Source: Methanomassiliicoccaceae archaeon (lineage in GTDB: Archaea > Thermoplasmatota > Thermoplasmata > Methanomassiliicoccales > Methanomethylophilaceae). From it: 27,965 nucleotides of DNA. The DNA is taken from NCBI GenBank assembly GCA_031285205.1, contig JAITWO010000002.1, forward strand, positions 1-27,965, given 5' to 3'. Of this stretch, positions 8,766-18,158 are shown piece after piece. The translations under genes were made by a program, and so were the position numbers. The first letter of the stretch is position 1; each line of letters opens with the position of its first letter. A model generated the notes under the pieces. That model saw only the letters and a list, made by a program, of their open reading frames with translations. It ran no database searches and was not told the DNA's origin.

Positions 8766-10157
8766 ATGACAAATAATAAAACATATGACGTGATAGAGGA
8801 GTTAAGGTTCCCACAGATGGCCGCAGCAGTTATGGACGTCGTATTGCAGCTGTTCGTGCTGCTTATTCTTGCAAAGATCATCGGAGGGCTCTTTGAAAGA
8901 TTCCATATGCCGAAGCTGATCGGCGAGATCATTGCCGGTGTCATCTTCATCAATATATTCTTCGTATTCCCGCAGCCGTTCATAGACCTCCTCGGCTTCG
9001 GCGGGGGGCCAGGCGGCGACCTTGACTTCGATATAAGCTTCCTGGAGATCATGGGCGAGCTTGGGATAATATTCCTGCTCTTCGCGGTCGGCCTGGAGAC
9101 GCGGTTCAGCGATATCAAGAAGGTGGGCAAGACGGCGACCTACGTTGCTGTCCTGGGCGTTGCCATACCGTTCGCCGGCGGGATGCTCTTCCTGTTCTTC
9201 GATAATGTATCGTTTGAGATCGCCCTGCTCATCGGCACCGCCCTGTTCGGTACGAGCACTGCCGTCGGCGTCGAGTGCCTGAGGAGCCTTGACGCCATGA
9301 ACTCCAACGAAGCGAAGATCATCGTCAGCGCCACGATCATCGACGATATACTGTGCTTGACGCTTCTGGGCATAATCATGGGCGTCATCGACGGCGGCGG
9401 CACCGCCAAGATGATCATCAACATCATCATCATAACGGCTTTCATACTGTCCATGTTCTTCTTCATATCCAAGGTCAAGGCGCTTGCGACCCGCAGGAAG
9501 CATGTTGTCAATAAGATCAAGAGCATGAGGAAGAAGCCGGCGGAGGAAGGCGCAGAGGCGGCACCCGCGAAGAACATGAGCGAGTTCAGCGCCCTCGGAC
9601 TTGCGATCATCGTCTGCCTCGGACTTGCGGCATTATCGACTAGCATAGGGCTTGCGGCGATAGTGGGGGCGTTCCTTGCGGGAATGATGTTCGCCGAATT
9701 CAAGGACACCGTACCGGTGGAGCACAATTTCAATATAATCACTTATTTCATGCTGCCGTTCTTCTTCATATGGGTCGGAATGGGGGTGCATCTTGATGCA
9801 CTGATCAATGTCACCATCCTCGGGATGCTCGGGCTCATGATACTCATCGCCGTCATAACGAAGTATGTCGCCGGATATCTGGGGGCGAAGTCCGGGAAGC
9901 TCACCAGGGATCAGGCCCACCTCATAGGTGTGAGCTTCATCCCCCGAGGAGAGGTTGGCATCATCGTGGCCACGCTGGGGATCAGCCGTTTTGTCTTCGA
10001 TCCCATGCCGGAGATGTATTCGGTGATAATCCTCATGGCGATACTCACGTCAATAATGACGCCTCCGCTCATGACCCATGCATGGAAGAAGATACAGAAG
10101 TCGCAGACCGCGATATTCACTGAACTCTTCCCTGAAAAGGGCAAAGAGGATATGTGA
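8766..10157 (+). CDS. Cation:proton antiporter, CPA2/KefB-like
   Basis: Start at MTNNKTYDVIEELRFP; FERFHMPKLIGEIIAGVIF, ALLIGTALFGTSTAVGVECL, GLAAIVGAFLAGMMFAE, GEVGIIVATLGIS typical of Na+/H+ and K+/H+ antiporters; ORF track start at 8625 is upstream. Confidence 0.88.
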   Translation: MTNNKTYDVIEELRFPQMAAAVMDVVLQLFVLLILAKIIGGLFERFHMPKLIGEIIAGVIFINIFFVFPQPFIDLLGFGGGPGGDLDFDISFLEIMGELGIIFLLFAVGLETRFSDIKKVGKTATYVAVLGVAIPFAGGMLFLFFDNVSFEIALLIGTALFGTSTAVGVECLRSLDAMNSNEAKIIVSATIIDDILCLTLLGIIMGVIDGGGTAKMIINIIIITAFILSMFFFISKVKALATRRKHVVNKIKSMRKKPAEEGAEAAPAKNMSEFSALGLAIIVCLGLAALSTSIGLAAIVGAFLAGMMFAEFKDTVPVEHNFNIITYFMLPFFFIWVGMGVHLDALINVTILGMLGLMILIAVITKYVAGYLGAKSGKLTRDQAHLIGVSFIPRGEVGIIVATLGISRFVFDPMPEMYSVIILMAILTSIMTPPLMTHAWKKIQKSQTAIFTELFPEKGKEDM

Positions 10158-10210
10158 CGCCGCCTGAATGTCCCTTGTTATCTGAATTGAATGATGTATG
10201 AGGATCTGCT

Positions 10211-10831
10211 TTACTTCTCGACGCTGCGTGCGAGCTCCTTGACCTGAACGATGCATTCCTTTATCCTCTCGAGGCTTCCCGAACGTGTGTCCAGTTTCAG
10301 TTTCAGGCCATCGGCCATATCTTTCGCCTTCTGATGATAGAACTCATCGTTCCCTATCCCGGAGTTTATGAAAAGGCAACGTTGATACGATTCGAACATC
10401 AGGTCGAGGAAGTACTGCGGCTCGTACCCTTCCGCAGAGTCCAGGTGGAACTGTTCTATCAGCCCGGGAACTCCCTGTACCGCCCACCCGGGGGACGCGA
10501 ACCAAGTGAACACACATTTCTTCTTCTCTTCTTTCACGCCGTCGGGGCTCAGCAGGACCTCTATGCAGTCGGCACCGGGCAGCATGACCGCCGGGACCTT
10601 GAACACATCTGTCACGCCCTGAAGGGACTGACATGTTGCGTATCCCAGAAGCACCGCATCCACTTCGCTGTGCAATGCGTTCACCTTCTCGATTATCAGC
10701 TTCTTCATCTCCTCCGCATGCTCGTGCAATGCGAACTTCAGATAATCGCGGTGAACGAAGTCCGGATCATCCTTTGTCAAGAATTCTATCTCATCCTTCA
10801 AAACTTCGCATGCAACGATACCTATCCTCAT
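10211..10831 (-). CDS. DUF1638-family protein
   Basis: MRIGIVACEVLKDEIEFL...VDAVLLGYATCQSLQGV...LPGADCIEVLLS; ATGA overlap with the upstream gene supports the start at 10831. Confidence 0.7.
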   Translation of the reverse strand: MRIGIVACEVLKDEIEFLTKDDPDFVHRDYLKFALHEHAEEMKKLIIEKVNALHSEVDAVLLGYATCQSLQGVTDVFKVPAVMLPGADCIEVLLSPDGVKEEKKKCVFTWFASPGWAVQGVPGLIEQFHLDSAEGYEPQYFLDLMFESYQRCLFINSGIGNDEFYHQKAKDMADGLKLKLDTRSGSLERIKECIVQVKELARSVEK

Positions 10832-11178
10832 GTCTCGCCGCCTGTCCATTTTTCATCATAGATGACGGAATTGTGCTTCGCCTTCTTCGCGTGCCGCTCG
10901 GACAACATCTCATATTCCATCCACACCGCATGCACCACCGCATTCGTCACCAGGCATACGAACCCTATCGCCCCTCTTATCTCCGGGTCATTTAGTTTGC
11001 TTTTGTAAAAGTCGGTAACGTCGGTAACGGTCAGGCCTTTAAGCTTCTTACCAAAGTCCTGTATCTTCTCGCAATCCGAATCAATATGCACATCAACGCT
11101 TCCTTCTTCGTTCATCTCCGCTGTTATCACATGTGTCTTCTCACATGTGTTCATCTTCACCTTGATAATTGATGTCAT
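10828..11178 (-). CDS. Small conserved DUF-type protein co-transcribed with DUF1638 gene (DUF6951-like)
   Basis: MTSIIKVKMNTCEKTHVITAEMNEEGSVDVHIDSDCEKIQDFGKKL; overlaps DUF1638 gene by 4 nt; family name recalled, not searched. Confidence 0.55.
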   Translation of the reverse strand: MTSIIKVKMNTCEKTHVITAEMNEEGSVDVHIDSDCEKIQDFGKKLKGLTVTDVTDFYKSKLNDPEIRGAIGFVCLVTNAVVHAVWMEYEMLSERHAKKAKHNSVIYDEKWTGGET

Positions 11179-11339
11179 TCTCCCTCTCCGTGCCTGATCT
11201 GCGCTCATATCGAATATTATCTATATATTGTCTGCTGTCCTGCCCGTTCTGACAGCGGATGTTCCTGCTGTGCCGTTGTGCATGATATCACGATGATCTT
11301 ACAAAAAGTGATTTAACAACTGATATCATACAGGGCACC

Positions 11340-13853
11340 ATGGGTTACACAGAAGTCCCTGACACAGGGAAGATATTGGAGATCGCTAAGAAATATTATG
11401 AATGGGCGGAGCCGATGATCAAGGCCGGCAGGCCCCAGTTCAATAAGGCGGTCAACTGGAGCCCGAAGTTCGACGGTAAAAAGAAAGATCATAGGAAGGC
11501 CTCCTCCTTATCGTGCGATACCGCCATGGTGGGAACGCTCGGAGGGATGGGCACCATGACTGTGGCCCTGGCGTGCGCCGCGTTCGACCTGGCCTTCGAT
11601 ACCGTCAAGATATCGCAGAACCTTGGCTGCGCCATTGCGATATTCTGCGACAATAACGATGACCCTGACATCATCGCCAAAGAGAAGGAGATATACGAGG
11701 ATGCGGTGACGGTCCTTATCTATGCCCTCTCCCTATCAATGGTCGGTAGCATTCACACCGAAGCAAGCCTCGGTCCGCTTGTCGCCCTCGGCAATTTGTA
11801 TATGGATATGGAGAGGTACGAAGAGGCTAAGGAATTGTTCATGACCGCGCGCCGGATAGACGAATTGTACATGCCCGCACTGAACGGCCTCGCAGCATAC
11901 TACAAAGCAACGAACAAACCTCAGTTCGCCGTCATGATTAAGACCGCCGCGAAGAGCAACCCGACCACTCTCGGGAAGTCCCTGAACAAGATCGGTGAGA
12001 ACAACAAGAAGGCGGAAAAGATATTCAGAGAGGGGGCGGCCGCCAGTGACGAGGAACTTGAGAAAGAGATCGACAAGGCAGAGGAGATAGAGGCTCCCAA
12101 TTACGGGGACATCTTTGACGGCGTCGACCCGAAGAACGCCGAGAAGATGCGGAAGAACAGGAAGGATCTCAACAACAGGATGAAGATCAAGATCCCGAAC
12201 ATACACATACTCACTGCGTTCACGGACATCAACAAAGATAATCAAATCTCCGTCAAATGCGCCGCCGAAGCAGTATCTGATGAGCTCAAGCACCTGCAGA
12301 AATATATCAAGGCGTTATCTAGAGGGAGCGGGAACACGGCCGCGGACGCATTTGAGAATACCGGGATAGGTGATTTCAAGTTCATGGGCATGGACTTCCA
12401 TGAATTTATCAGGGATGCATCGAACAACCCTGCGAAATATGAGAACATGGATACTCGGGATGAGGTCCACCTCCGGACCGACAATCTGGACAAGTACATA
12501 AAAGAACTGAAGGACGGCCTCGGCGAGATAACTGCCGCCCGTCACGGCATGGAAGGAGGGGACAGATTCGGCAGAAAGTTCTCAAGGGCCGCCGCCAAGG
12601 CGAACCTGCTGTTATTCCCTTTCTCTCTGGACCCGTTGAAGTACGCCAATATGTGGGATGTGTTCATACAGCAGTGCAATATCCCGTTATATATCAAAAA
12701 GAAGGCCCTATTGGATGCATATATGATGGGCGTGATGAGAAAATCAAATGAAACGATAACGGACATACAGAGGAACTTTTCCAGAGAGTACGCGGAGATC
12801 CATGAGGCATACGACGCAAAGATGGAAGACCTTAAGGAAAGGTACGACAGAGAGGTGAAGGCATGCGGAGACAATTCTGGTTGCACTTCAGCGGCGGCCA
12901 AACGATATGAACTGAACCTGCACAAACTGCATCTGGAATATTATCCGCAGCTGAACCAGTGCACGAAGAGATACTGGCTCGAGGGAACGGCATGCGCCGC
13001 CATAATGTACGGGAAACTGGAAAGGAACATACCACGGATGTACAAGGAAGTGATGAAACATCTTGTGTACATCTCCGATGAGAAGGTGCGGGCCGAACAG
13101 GAGGACATGCTCGTTGGGGGCATAGCGTCAACCCTCACACATGCCATCGGCCTGGTGCTGAGTACGTACGGCGGAGGGGAGATACTAAGGATAGAGATGT
13201 GCGGATGCGACCCCGAAAGGATGGAACAGCTTACCAAGGAGCTGCAGAAAGAGAAGGAGGAGAAGGATGCCGAGATGCAGCAACGTCAGAAGGCGGCGGA
13301 GAACGCCTTTAAGAACGGCATCATAGATGAAAACTCCTCGTACTACAAGGACTATGTCAAAAAGTGGGAGTATGAGATCGACCTGGTCATTTTCAAATAC
13401 AGGTCCAATGATTATTTCACGACCGGGGATGTGAGCATCCCGACCCCGGTCGGCTCCATTGACGCTTCATCGTTCAGGAACAACATCACACAGGAGTCCA
13501 GAGTCAGTGCGGACGTTACGATCGGCGGGGAGATCGGGCCGGTGGAGCTCAAGGCCACTTTCGGGATCTCCGTCGCATGGGACGCGAACGGAAGGATGCA
13601 CCCGGAGGGATTCGACTTGCGGGCCGGACTTGAGGCGTCGACGGGCGTGGGTCCGCTGTCGGCCACGGCAGGCGTCTCGGCGTCCCTGGAGAGAGGCACG
13701 AAGGTGTATGGCGAGGTAACGTTAAGCGGGAACGATTATATCGATGAGATGAAGGAGCGGGCATTAGGGGAGGAGTTCGGAGGGCTGGCCCCCGAAATGG
13801 ACAACACCATCAAGCTGTGGACGGGGGACTACGTGATCACAGACAAGAATTAA
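11340..13853 (+). CDS. Large TPR-like alpha-helical protein with C-terminal beta-rich domain, function unknown (paralog 1)
   Basis: 837-aa ORF; TPR-like segment LGPLVALGNLYMDMERYEEAKELFMTARRIDELYMPALNGLAAYYKA; C-terminal GPVELKATFGISVAWDANG...GVGPLSATAGVSASLERG. Confidence 0.85.
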   Translation: MGYTEVPDTGKILEIAKKYYEWAEPMIKAGRPQFNKAVNWSPKFDGKKKDHRKASSLSCDTAMVGTLGGMGTMTVALACAAFDLAFDTVKISQNLGCAIAIFCDNNDDPDIIAKEKEIYEDAVTVLIYALSLSMVGSIHTEASLGPLVALGNLYMDMERYEEAKELFMTARRIDELYMPALNGLAAYYKATNKPQFAVMIKTAAKSNPTTLGKSLNKIGENNKKAEKIFREGAAASDEELEKEIDKAEEIEAPNYGDIFDGVDPKNAEKMRKNRKDLNNRMKIKIPNIHILTAFTDINKDNQISVKCAAEAVSDELKHLQKYIKALSRGSGNTAADAFENTGIGDFKFMGMDFHEFIRDASNNPAKYENMDTRDEVHLRTDNLDKYIKELKDGLGEITAARHGMEGGDRFGRKFSRAAAKANLLLFPFSLDPLKYANMWDVFIQQCNIPLYIKKKALLDAYMMGVMRKSNETITDIQRNFSREYAEIHEAYDAKMEDLKERYDREVKACGDNSGCTSAAAKRYELNLHKLHLEYYPQLNQCTKRYWLEGTACAAIMYGKLERNIPRMYKEVMKHLVYISDEKVRAEQEDMLVGGIASTLTHAIGLVLSTYGGGEILRIEMCGCDPERMEQLTKELQKEKEEKDAEMQQRQKAAENAFKNGIIDENSSYYKDYVKKWEYEIDLVIFKYRSNDYFTTGDVSIPTPVGSIDASSFRNNITQESRVSADVTIGGEIGPVELKATFGISVAWDANGRMHPEGFDLRAGLEASTGVGPLSATAGVSASLERGTKVYGEVTLSGNDYIDEMKERALGEEFGGLAPEMDNTIKLWTGDYVITDKN

Positions 13854-13937
13854 TGATGCTGCCTCGCATTGATCGTTTCGGGACCCCGGTGGTGAGGTGC
13901 GAGAAGGGATTTAAGAAGAGAGCATATATAGAAGATC

Positions 13938-16760
13938 ATGGACGGCGCACTGACCCTCGGTAACGAGAGAATATTGAAGATCGCCAAAAAATATTATGAT
14001 TGGGCGAAGCCGATCATCTCCCTCGGCAAGAACGAGTTCAAAAAAGCTGTAGATTGGGTCCCGGAGTTCGACGGCAGGAAAAATGATGTCGAGAAGGCCG
14101 GTACATTATCATTCGATACCGCAATGCTCGGAACCTTTCCCGGGACGGGGACCATAACTGTTGCCTTTGCGTGCGCCGCATTCGACCTCGCCCCCGAAAG
14201 CGTGGTCATGTCACAGAATCTGGGCTCTGCTATCGCACTGTTCTGCGACAACAGTCCCGACCTCAGCATCAAAGAGAAAAAGAAAGAGATATACGAGGAT
14301 GCGGCGGCGGTCCTGATCTATGCCGTCTCTTTGTCATTATCTGAAGACATGTACACTGAGAAAAGCCTCGGACCGCTGGTGGCCCTCGGCAATCTGTTCT
14401 TGGATATGGAGAAGTACGAAGAAGCGAAGCATCTGTTCACGACCGCACGCAGACTGGACGAAACATACATGCCGGCGGTGGAGGGCCTTGCGGCGTATTA
14501 TAAGGCTGTGAAGAAGCCTCAGCTTGCCGGGATGGTCCGTGAGGGTGCGAAGAAGAACCCCACCGGCTGCGGGAGATCGGCCAATGAGATCGATAAGAAT
14601 GTCAAAAAGGCCACCGAGATATCACAGAAAGGGGATGCCAACGAGGAGGAGATGGAAAAGGATATGGATAAAGCCGAAACGGTGGAGGCACCCAATTACG
14701 GCGATCTCTTTGACAGCATCGACCAGGCGACCGCCGCGAAGATCAGGAACAACAGGAAGGAACTGAACAACAGGATGGTCATCACCGTCCCGAACCTCGA
14801 CATACTTTTTCCGTTCACGGATATCACCGAAGATAATCAGATCTCGGTCAAATCTGCCGTCGCTGCAGTAGCTGAGGAAATACCTAAATTGATCAAATAC
14901 ATGAAAAGGCTCCCGATAGGAGCAGCGCACAGGGATGCGGACATACTCGAGAATACGGGGATCGGCGATTTTTACGTCAGGGGCATGAAATTTCATGACT
15001 TTATGCGTGATGCGGCGAACAACCCCCAAAAATATGAAGACAGTAAAATCAACGCAGAAGGCAAAATACGGACGGACAATGCCAATAAATTCATAAAGGA
15101 TATAAAAGACGGCATCGCTGAGACCACTGCCGCCCGTCACGGCATGGAGGGTGGGGACCGATTTGGAAAGAACCTGATGAGGACCGCCGCGAAGGCGGAA
15201 GCGGTGCTCTTCCCGCTGTCCCTGAATCCGTTCAAATATGCTAACGCATGGGATATCCTCCTCCAGCAGTACAATGCCATGCCCCTGATCAGAAAAAGAA
15301 CACTGCTTTTCGGATATATGGCCGAGATACTAAGGAAAAGATCGAAAATATTATTTGAAGTACAACGGAATTATCACAGAGAGTACGGTGAGATCAATGA
15401 CATATTCAAAAGAGAATTGGACGACCTTAAGGAAAGGTACCAAAAACAGATAGACATCATAAACAAAATGATAAGTGACTGTGATGATCAAGGATGCGGA
15501 CGTTGCAAGAGCTTATCAAAGCGGATAGATGATCTGTCCGATCAACATGAAGTGGATAAACATAAGTTGCATTTGAAATACTACCCGCAGCTCAATCAAT
15601 GCACGAAGAGATTCTGGCTTGAAGGTACCGGGGTCGCTATCGTAATGTACAAGAAACTGGAAAGGAACGCACCGCGGATGTACAAAGAGGTGATGAAGCA
15701 CCTCGTGTACATCTCCGACGAGAAAGTACGTGCGGAGCAGGAGGACATACTCGTTGGGACCATAGCGCAGAGTATCGCAAGCGCCATAGGGCTGGTCCTG
15801 GGGGCATACGGCATGGGAGAGATACTCAGGATCGAGCAGTGCGGATGCGACTTCCAAGCGACGGATGAGCTCGAAGAGAGACTGAAGAAGGAGAAGAAGG
15901 AGAAGGATTATGAGATGCTCATGCGCCAGAAGGCGGCACGGGACTCATTCAAGAGCGGTGCGGTGGATGAGAACTCTGCGTTCTACAAGAACTATCTCAA
16001 ACAGTGGGAATACTCGTTCGATGTCGGCTTTTTCAAATATAAGGTCAACGACCACTTCACCACGACCCATCTGAACATAGATCTCAAGCTTGGATCCTTC
16101 GACTACTCATCCTTTCAAAGCAATATCACGAAGGCAGGCAGTGTGAAAGCTGACCTCACTCTCAAATTGGAGAAACAGGGCGTGGATGTGAAGGGTGAGG
16201 CCACATTCGGCTTCACGTATGTCTGGGACAAGAACGGGAATCCTCATCCGGACGGTTTTGACCTGCGTGCCGGTCTTAAAGCAACGGCGAGCTTGGGGCC
16301 GATCGAGACTGAGATCGGCATATCTTCATCCGTTCGGGAGGGTTTCAACGCGACTGCCGGGGCAAAGGTCTCAGGTGAGCAAGGGCCGGTCAGTGCCGAG
16401 GTCGGTGTGACGGCATCCACTAAGGACGGCGTTGACGCGAATGCCGAATTAGTAGTTTCAGGAGAGTATGGGCCGGCCACGGGCGATGCAAAAGTATCAG
16501 TGTCCACTAAGGACGGCGTTGACGCGAGTGTCAGTGCCGAGGTTTCCGGCAGCAAAGGTCCCCTCCAGGGCGAGGCAAAGGCGTCAGCATCCCTCCAGGG
16601 AGGTGTGAAGGCGTCCGCCGAGGCCAAGATGAGCGGGAACGAATATATTGATGCGCTGAAGGAGGCGGCCTTAGGAGAGACGCTTGCAGAGAACATCTCT
16701 TTGCCAAATTTTGACCGTGAACTATGGGGCGGCGAGTACTCCTCCAAGGGCGATGAGTGA
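13938..16760 (+). CDS. Large TPR-like alpha-helical protein with C-terminal beta-rich repeats, function unknown (paralog 2)
   Basis: 940-aa ORF collinear with the preceding protein over nearly its full length; additional 29-aa repeats before a shared GNEYIDxLKExALGE C-terminal motif. Confidence 0.85.
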   Translation: MDGALTLGNERILKIAKKYYDWAKPIISLGKNEFKKAVDWVPEFDGRKNDVEKAGTLSFDTAMLGTFPGTGTITVAFACAAFDLAPESVVMSQNLGSAIALFCDNSPDLSIKEKKKEIYEDAAAVLIYAVSLSLSEDMYTEKSLGPLVALGNLFLDMEKYEEAKHLFTTARRLDETYMPAVEGLAAYYKAVKKPQLAGMVREGAKKNPTGCGRSANEIDKNVKKATEISQKGDANEEEMEKDMDKAETVEAPNYGDLFDSIDQATAAKIRNNRKELNNRMVITVPNLDILFPFTDITEDNQISVKSAVAAVAEEIPKLIKYMKRLPIGAAHRDADILENTGIGDFYVRGMKFHDFMRDAANNPQKYEDSKINAEGKIRTDNANKFIKDIKDGIAETTAARHGMEGGDRFGKNLMRTAAKAEAVLFPLSLNPFKYANAWDILLQQYNAMPLIRKRTLLFGYMAEILRKRSKILFEVQRNYHREYGEINDIFKRELDDLKERYQKQIDIINKMISDCDDQGCGRCKSLSKRIDDLSDQHEVDKHKLHLKYYPQLNQCTKRFWLEGTGVAIVMYKKLERNAPRMYKEVMKHLVYISDEKVRAEQEDILVGTIAQSIASAIGLVLGAYGMGEILRIEQCGCDFQATDELEERLKKEKKEKDYEMLMRQKAARDSFKSGAVDENSAFYKNYLKQWEYSFDVGFFKYKVNDHFTTTHLNIDLKLGSFDYSSFQSNITKAGSVKADLTLKLEKQGVDVKGEATFGFTYVWDKNGNPHPDGFDLRAGLKATASLGPIETEIGISSSVREGFNATAGAKVSGEQGPVSAEVGVTASTKDGVDANAELVVSGEYGPATGDAKVSVSTKDGVDASVSAEVSGSKGPLQGEAKASASLQGGVKASAEAKMSGNEYIDALKEAALGETLAENISLPNFDRELWGGEYSSKGDE
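16384..16653 (+). repeat. In-frame ~29-aa (87-nt) repeat region with about three copies plus a diverged copy upstream
   Basis: GEQGPVSAEVGVTASTKDGVDANAELVVS / GEYGPATGDAKVSVSTKDGVDASVSAEVS / GSKGPLQGEAKASASLQGGVKASAEAKMS; exact 25-nt TCCACTAAGGACGGCGTTGACGCGA at 16416 and 16503, spacing 87 nt; outer boundaries approximate. Confidence 0.8.
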
Positions 16761-16787
16761 TCATTTATCGTCTTCCCTGACCGCAGA

Positions 16788-16825
16788 GATAAATACTCCT
16801 GATGGATTATCATATTGAAAAATAT
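16788..16825 (+). promoter_or_regulatory. Candidate promoter/operator for arsR-hgcAB: TATA-like GATAAATAC plus dyad ATATT-N4-AATAT
   Basis: TATA-like element at 16788-16796; inverted repeat ATATT gaaa AATAT at 16812-16825, 18 nt upstream of the arsR ATG. Confidence 0.35.
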
Positions 16826-16842
16826 CAATGTGAGGGCCACAG

Positions 16843-17160
16843 ATGAACGATCGCTATATTGACGATGCACGTGTATTCAAAGCGTTCTGTGACGAGAACC
16901 GTCTGAAGATATTGGAGATGTTACAGAGCGGCGAGAAATGCGCATGCATACTCCTGGAACGGATGGACATATCACAGCCGACGTTATCGCATCATATGAG
17001 GATACTTTGCGACAGTGGGATCGTCGTTCCACGCAAAGATGGTAAGTGGACCCATTACTCGATAAGCTCTGAGGGACGCGATAACGCCATGGACCTTCTA
17101 TGCCGACTTACCAACCTCATACCCAACGGCGAATGCTGCACCGAGAGGTGCTTCGAATGA
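16843..17160 (+). CDS. ArsR-family winged-helix regulator with metal-sensor-like cysteines
   Basis: 105-aa ORF; FCDENRLKILEMLQSGEKCACILLERMDISQPTLSHHMRILCDSGIVVPRKDGKWTHYSI; CxC in the ELCVCDL-equivalent position; C-terminal ECCTERC. Confidence 0.88.
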   Translation: MNDRYIDDARVFKAFCDENRLKILEMLQSGEKCACILLERMDISQPTLSHHMRILCDSGIVVPRKDGKWTHYSISSEGRDNAMDLLCRLTNLIPNGECCTERCFE

Positions 17161-18158
17161 GCGATCGTTGCTGCGGGAACGATCCGGCGGGAATAATGAG
17201 AGCTGATACGGTCATGACATTCAGGGACCGCCTCGGTGCGCTGAAGGTGCGGTGCGGGATAGGACGCAACAATTACAAGGTAACACCCGGGCTGTATGCA
17301 TTGGGAAGTCCTGATGACAAGTCCGCAGTGTTCGTCAGCGCTAATTATAAACTAACGTTCGACAGCCTGCGGAAGGAGCTTTCGGGGATGGACTGCTATA
17401 TTCTGATATTGGATACGAAGGGGGTGAATGTCTGGTGCGCCGCAGGGAAGGGCACGTTCGGGACCGATGAATTAGTGAGTCGCATCGAAAAGACGGGGCT
17501 TGCGGGCATTGTGTCCCACAGAGAGCTCATTTTGCCGCAGCTCGGTGCATCCGGGGTATGTGCGCATAATGTAAAAAGGCGCACCGGCTTCGAAGTGATC
17601 TACGGCCCGGTGCGCGCATCCGATATCAAGAAGTTCATAGCGGCCGGGATGGATGCTGACGATGATATGAGGGCGGTCAGATTCACAACACGTGACCGTA
17701 TCGTCCTCGTGCCGATGGAGTTCATCCCGGCGATGAAGTTTTCTTTACCGATATTCGGGATACTTTTCCTTGCCAATATGATCCTCAGGGAACCTTTCGG
17801 TATAGAGGACCTTGCGACATACATGTGCGCTCTGGCTGCGGGCGCGGTCCTCACACCTGTCCTTCTTCCTATTATACCCGGAAGGGCGTTCTCGCTTAAA
17901 GGATGGATCGTAGGCATTCTGCTGACGCTGTTCGCAGTATGGCAATTCGGGTGGCTTCAGGATGACATCATCGTTGCATCTGGCTATCTGCTCCTTATTC
18001 CTTCGGTGTCCGCATACTTCGCGATGAACTTTACAGGTTCATCAACTTACACGTCCCCGTCCGGGGTGCTGAAGGAGATGAGGTTTGCCGTTCCATTCAT
18101 CCTCATCACCGTGATCATAGGATCGATATTGCTGTTCATAGGGAAGGTGATCGTATGA
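17157..18158 (+). CDS. hgcA: Corrinoid protein HgcA, mercury methylation
   Basis: Starts MSDRCCGNDP (ATGA overlap with arsR stop); NVWCAAGK cap-helix signature at 17427-17450; CdhD-like corrinoid-binding N-terminal part followed by several transmembrane segments. Confidence 0.93.
   Translation: MSDRCCGNDPAGIMRADTVMTFRDRLGALKVRCGIGRNNYKVTPGLYALGSPDDKSAVFVSANYKLTFDSLRKELSGMDCYILILDTKGVNVWCAAGKGTFGTDELVSRIEKTGLAGIVSHRELILPQLGASGVCAHNVKRRTGFEVIYGPVRASDIKKFIAAGMDADDDMRAVRFTTRDRIVLVPMEFIPAMKFSLPIFGILFLANMILREPFGIEDLATYMCALAAGAVLTPVLLPIIPGRAFSLKGWIVGILLTLFAVWQFGWLQDDIIVASGYLLLIPSVSAYFAMNFTGSSTYTSPSGVLKEMRFAVPFILITVIIGSILLFIGKVIV

Noticed and set aside
6959-9742. Minus-strand ORFs 6959..7627 and 9140..9742
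   Set aside because: Antisense to well-supported membrane protein genes; Met/Ile/Ser/Thr-rich reverse translations of hydrophobic helices.
17100-17156. Upstream extension of the hgcA ORF to 17100
   Set aside because: Overlaps the arsR 3' end out of frame; the ATGA junction at 17157 is the natural coupled start.
17157-18158. HgcA could be a CdhD/acetyl-CoA synthase corrinoid subunit
   Set aside because: NVWCAAGK motif, ~333-aa size, C-terminal transmembrane segments and adjacent HgcB with diagnostic cysteines favour HgcA.
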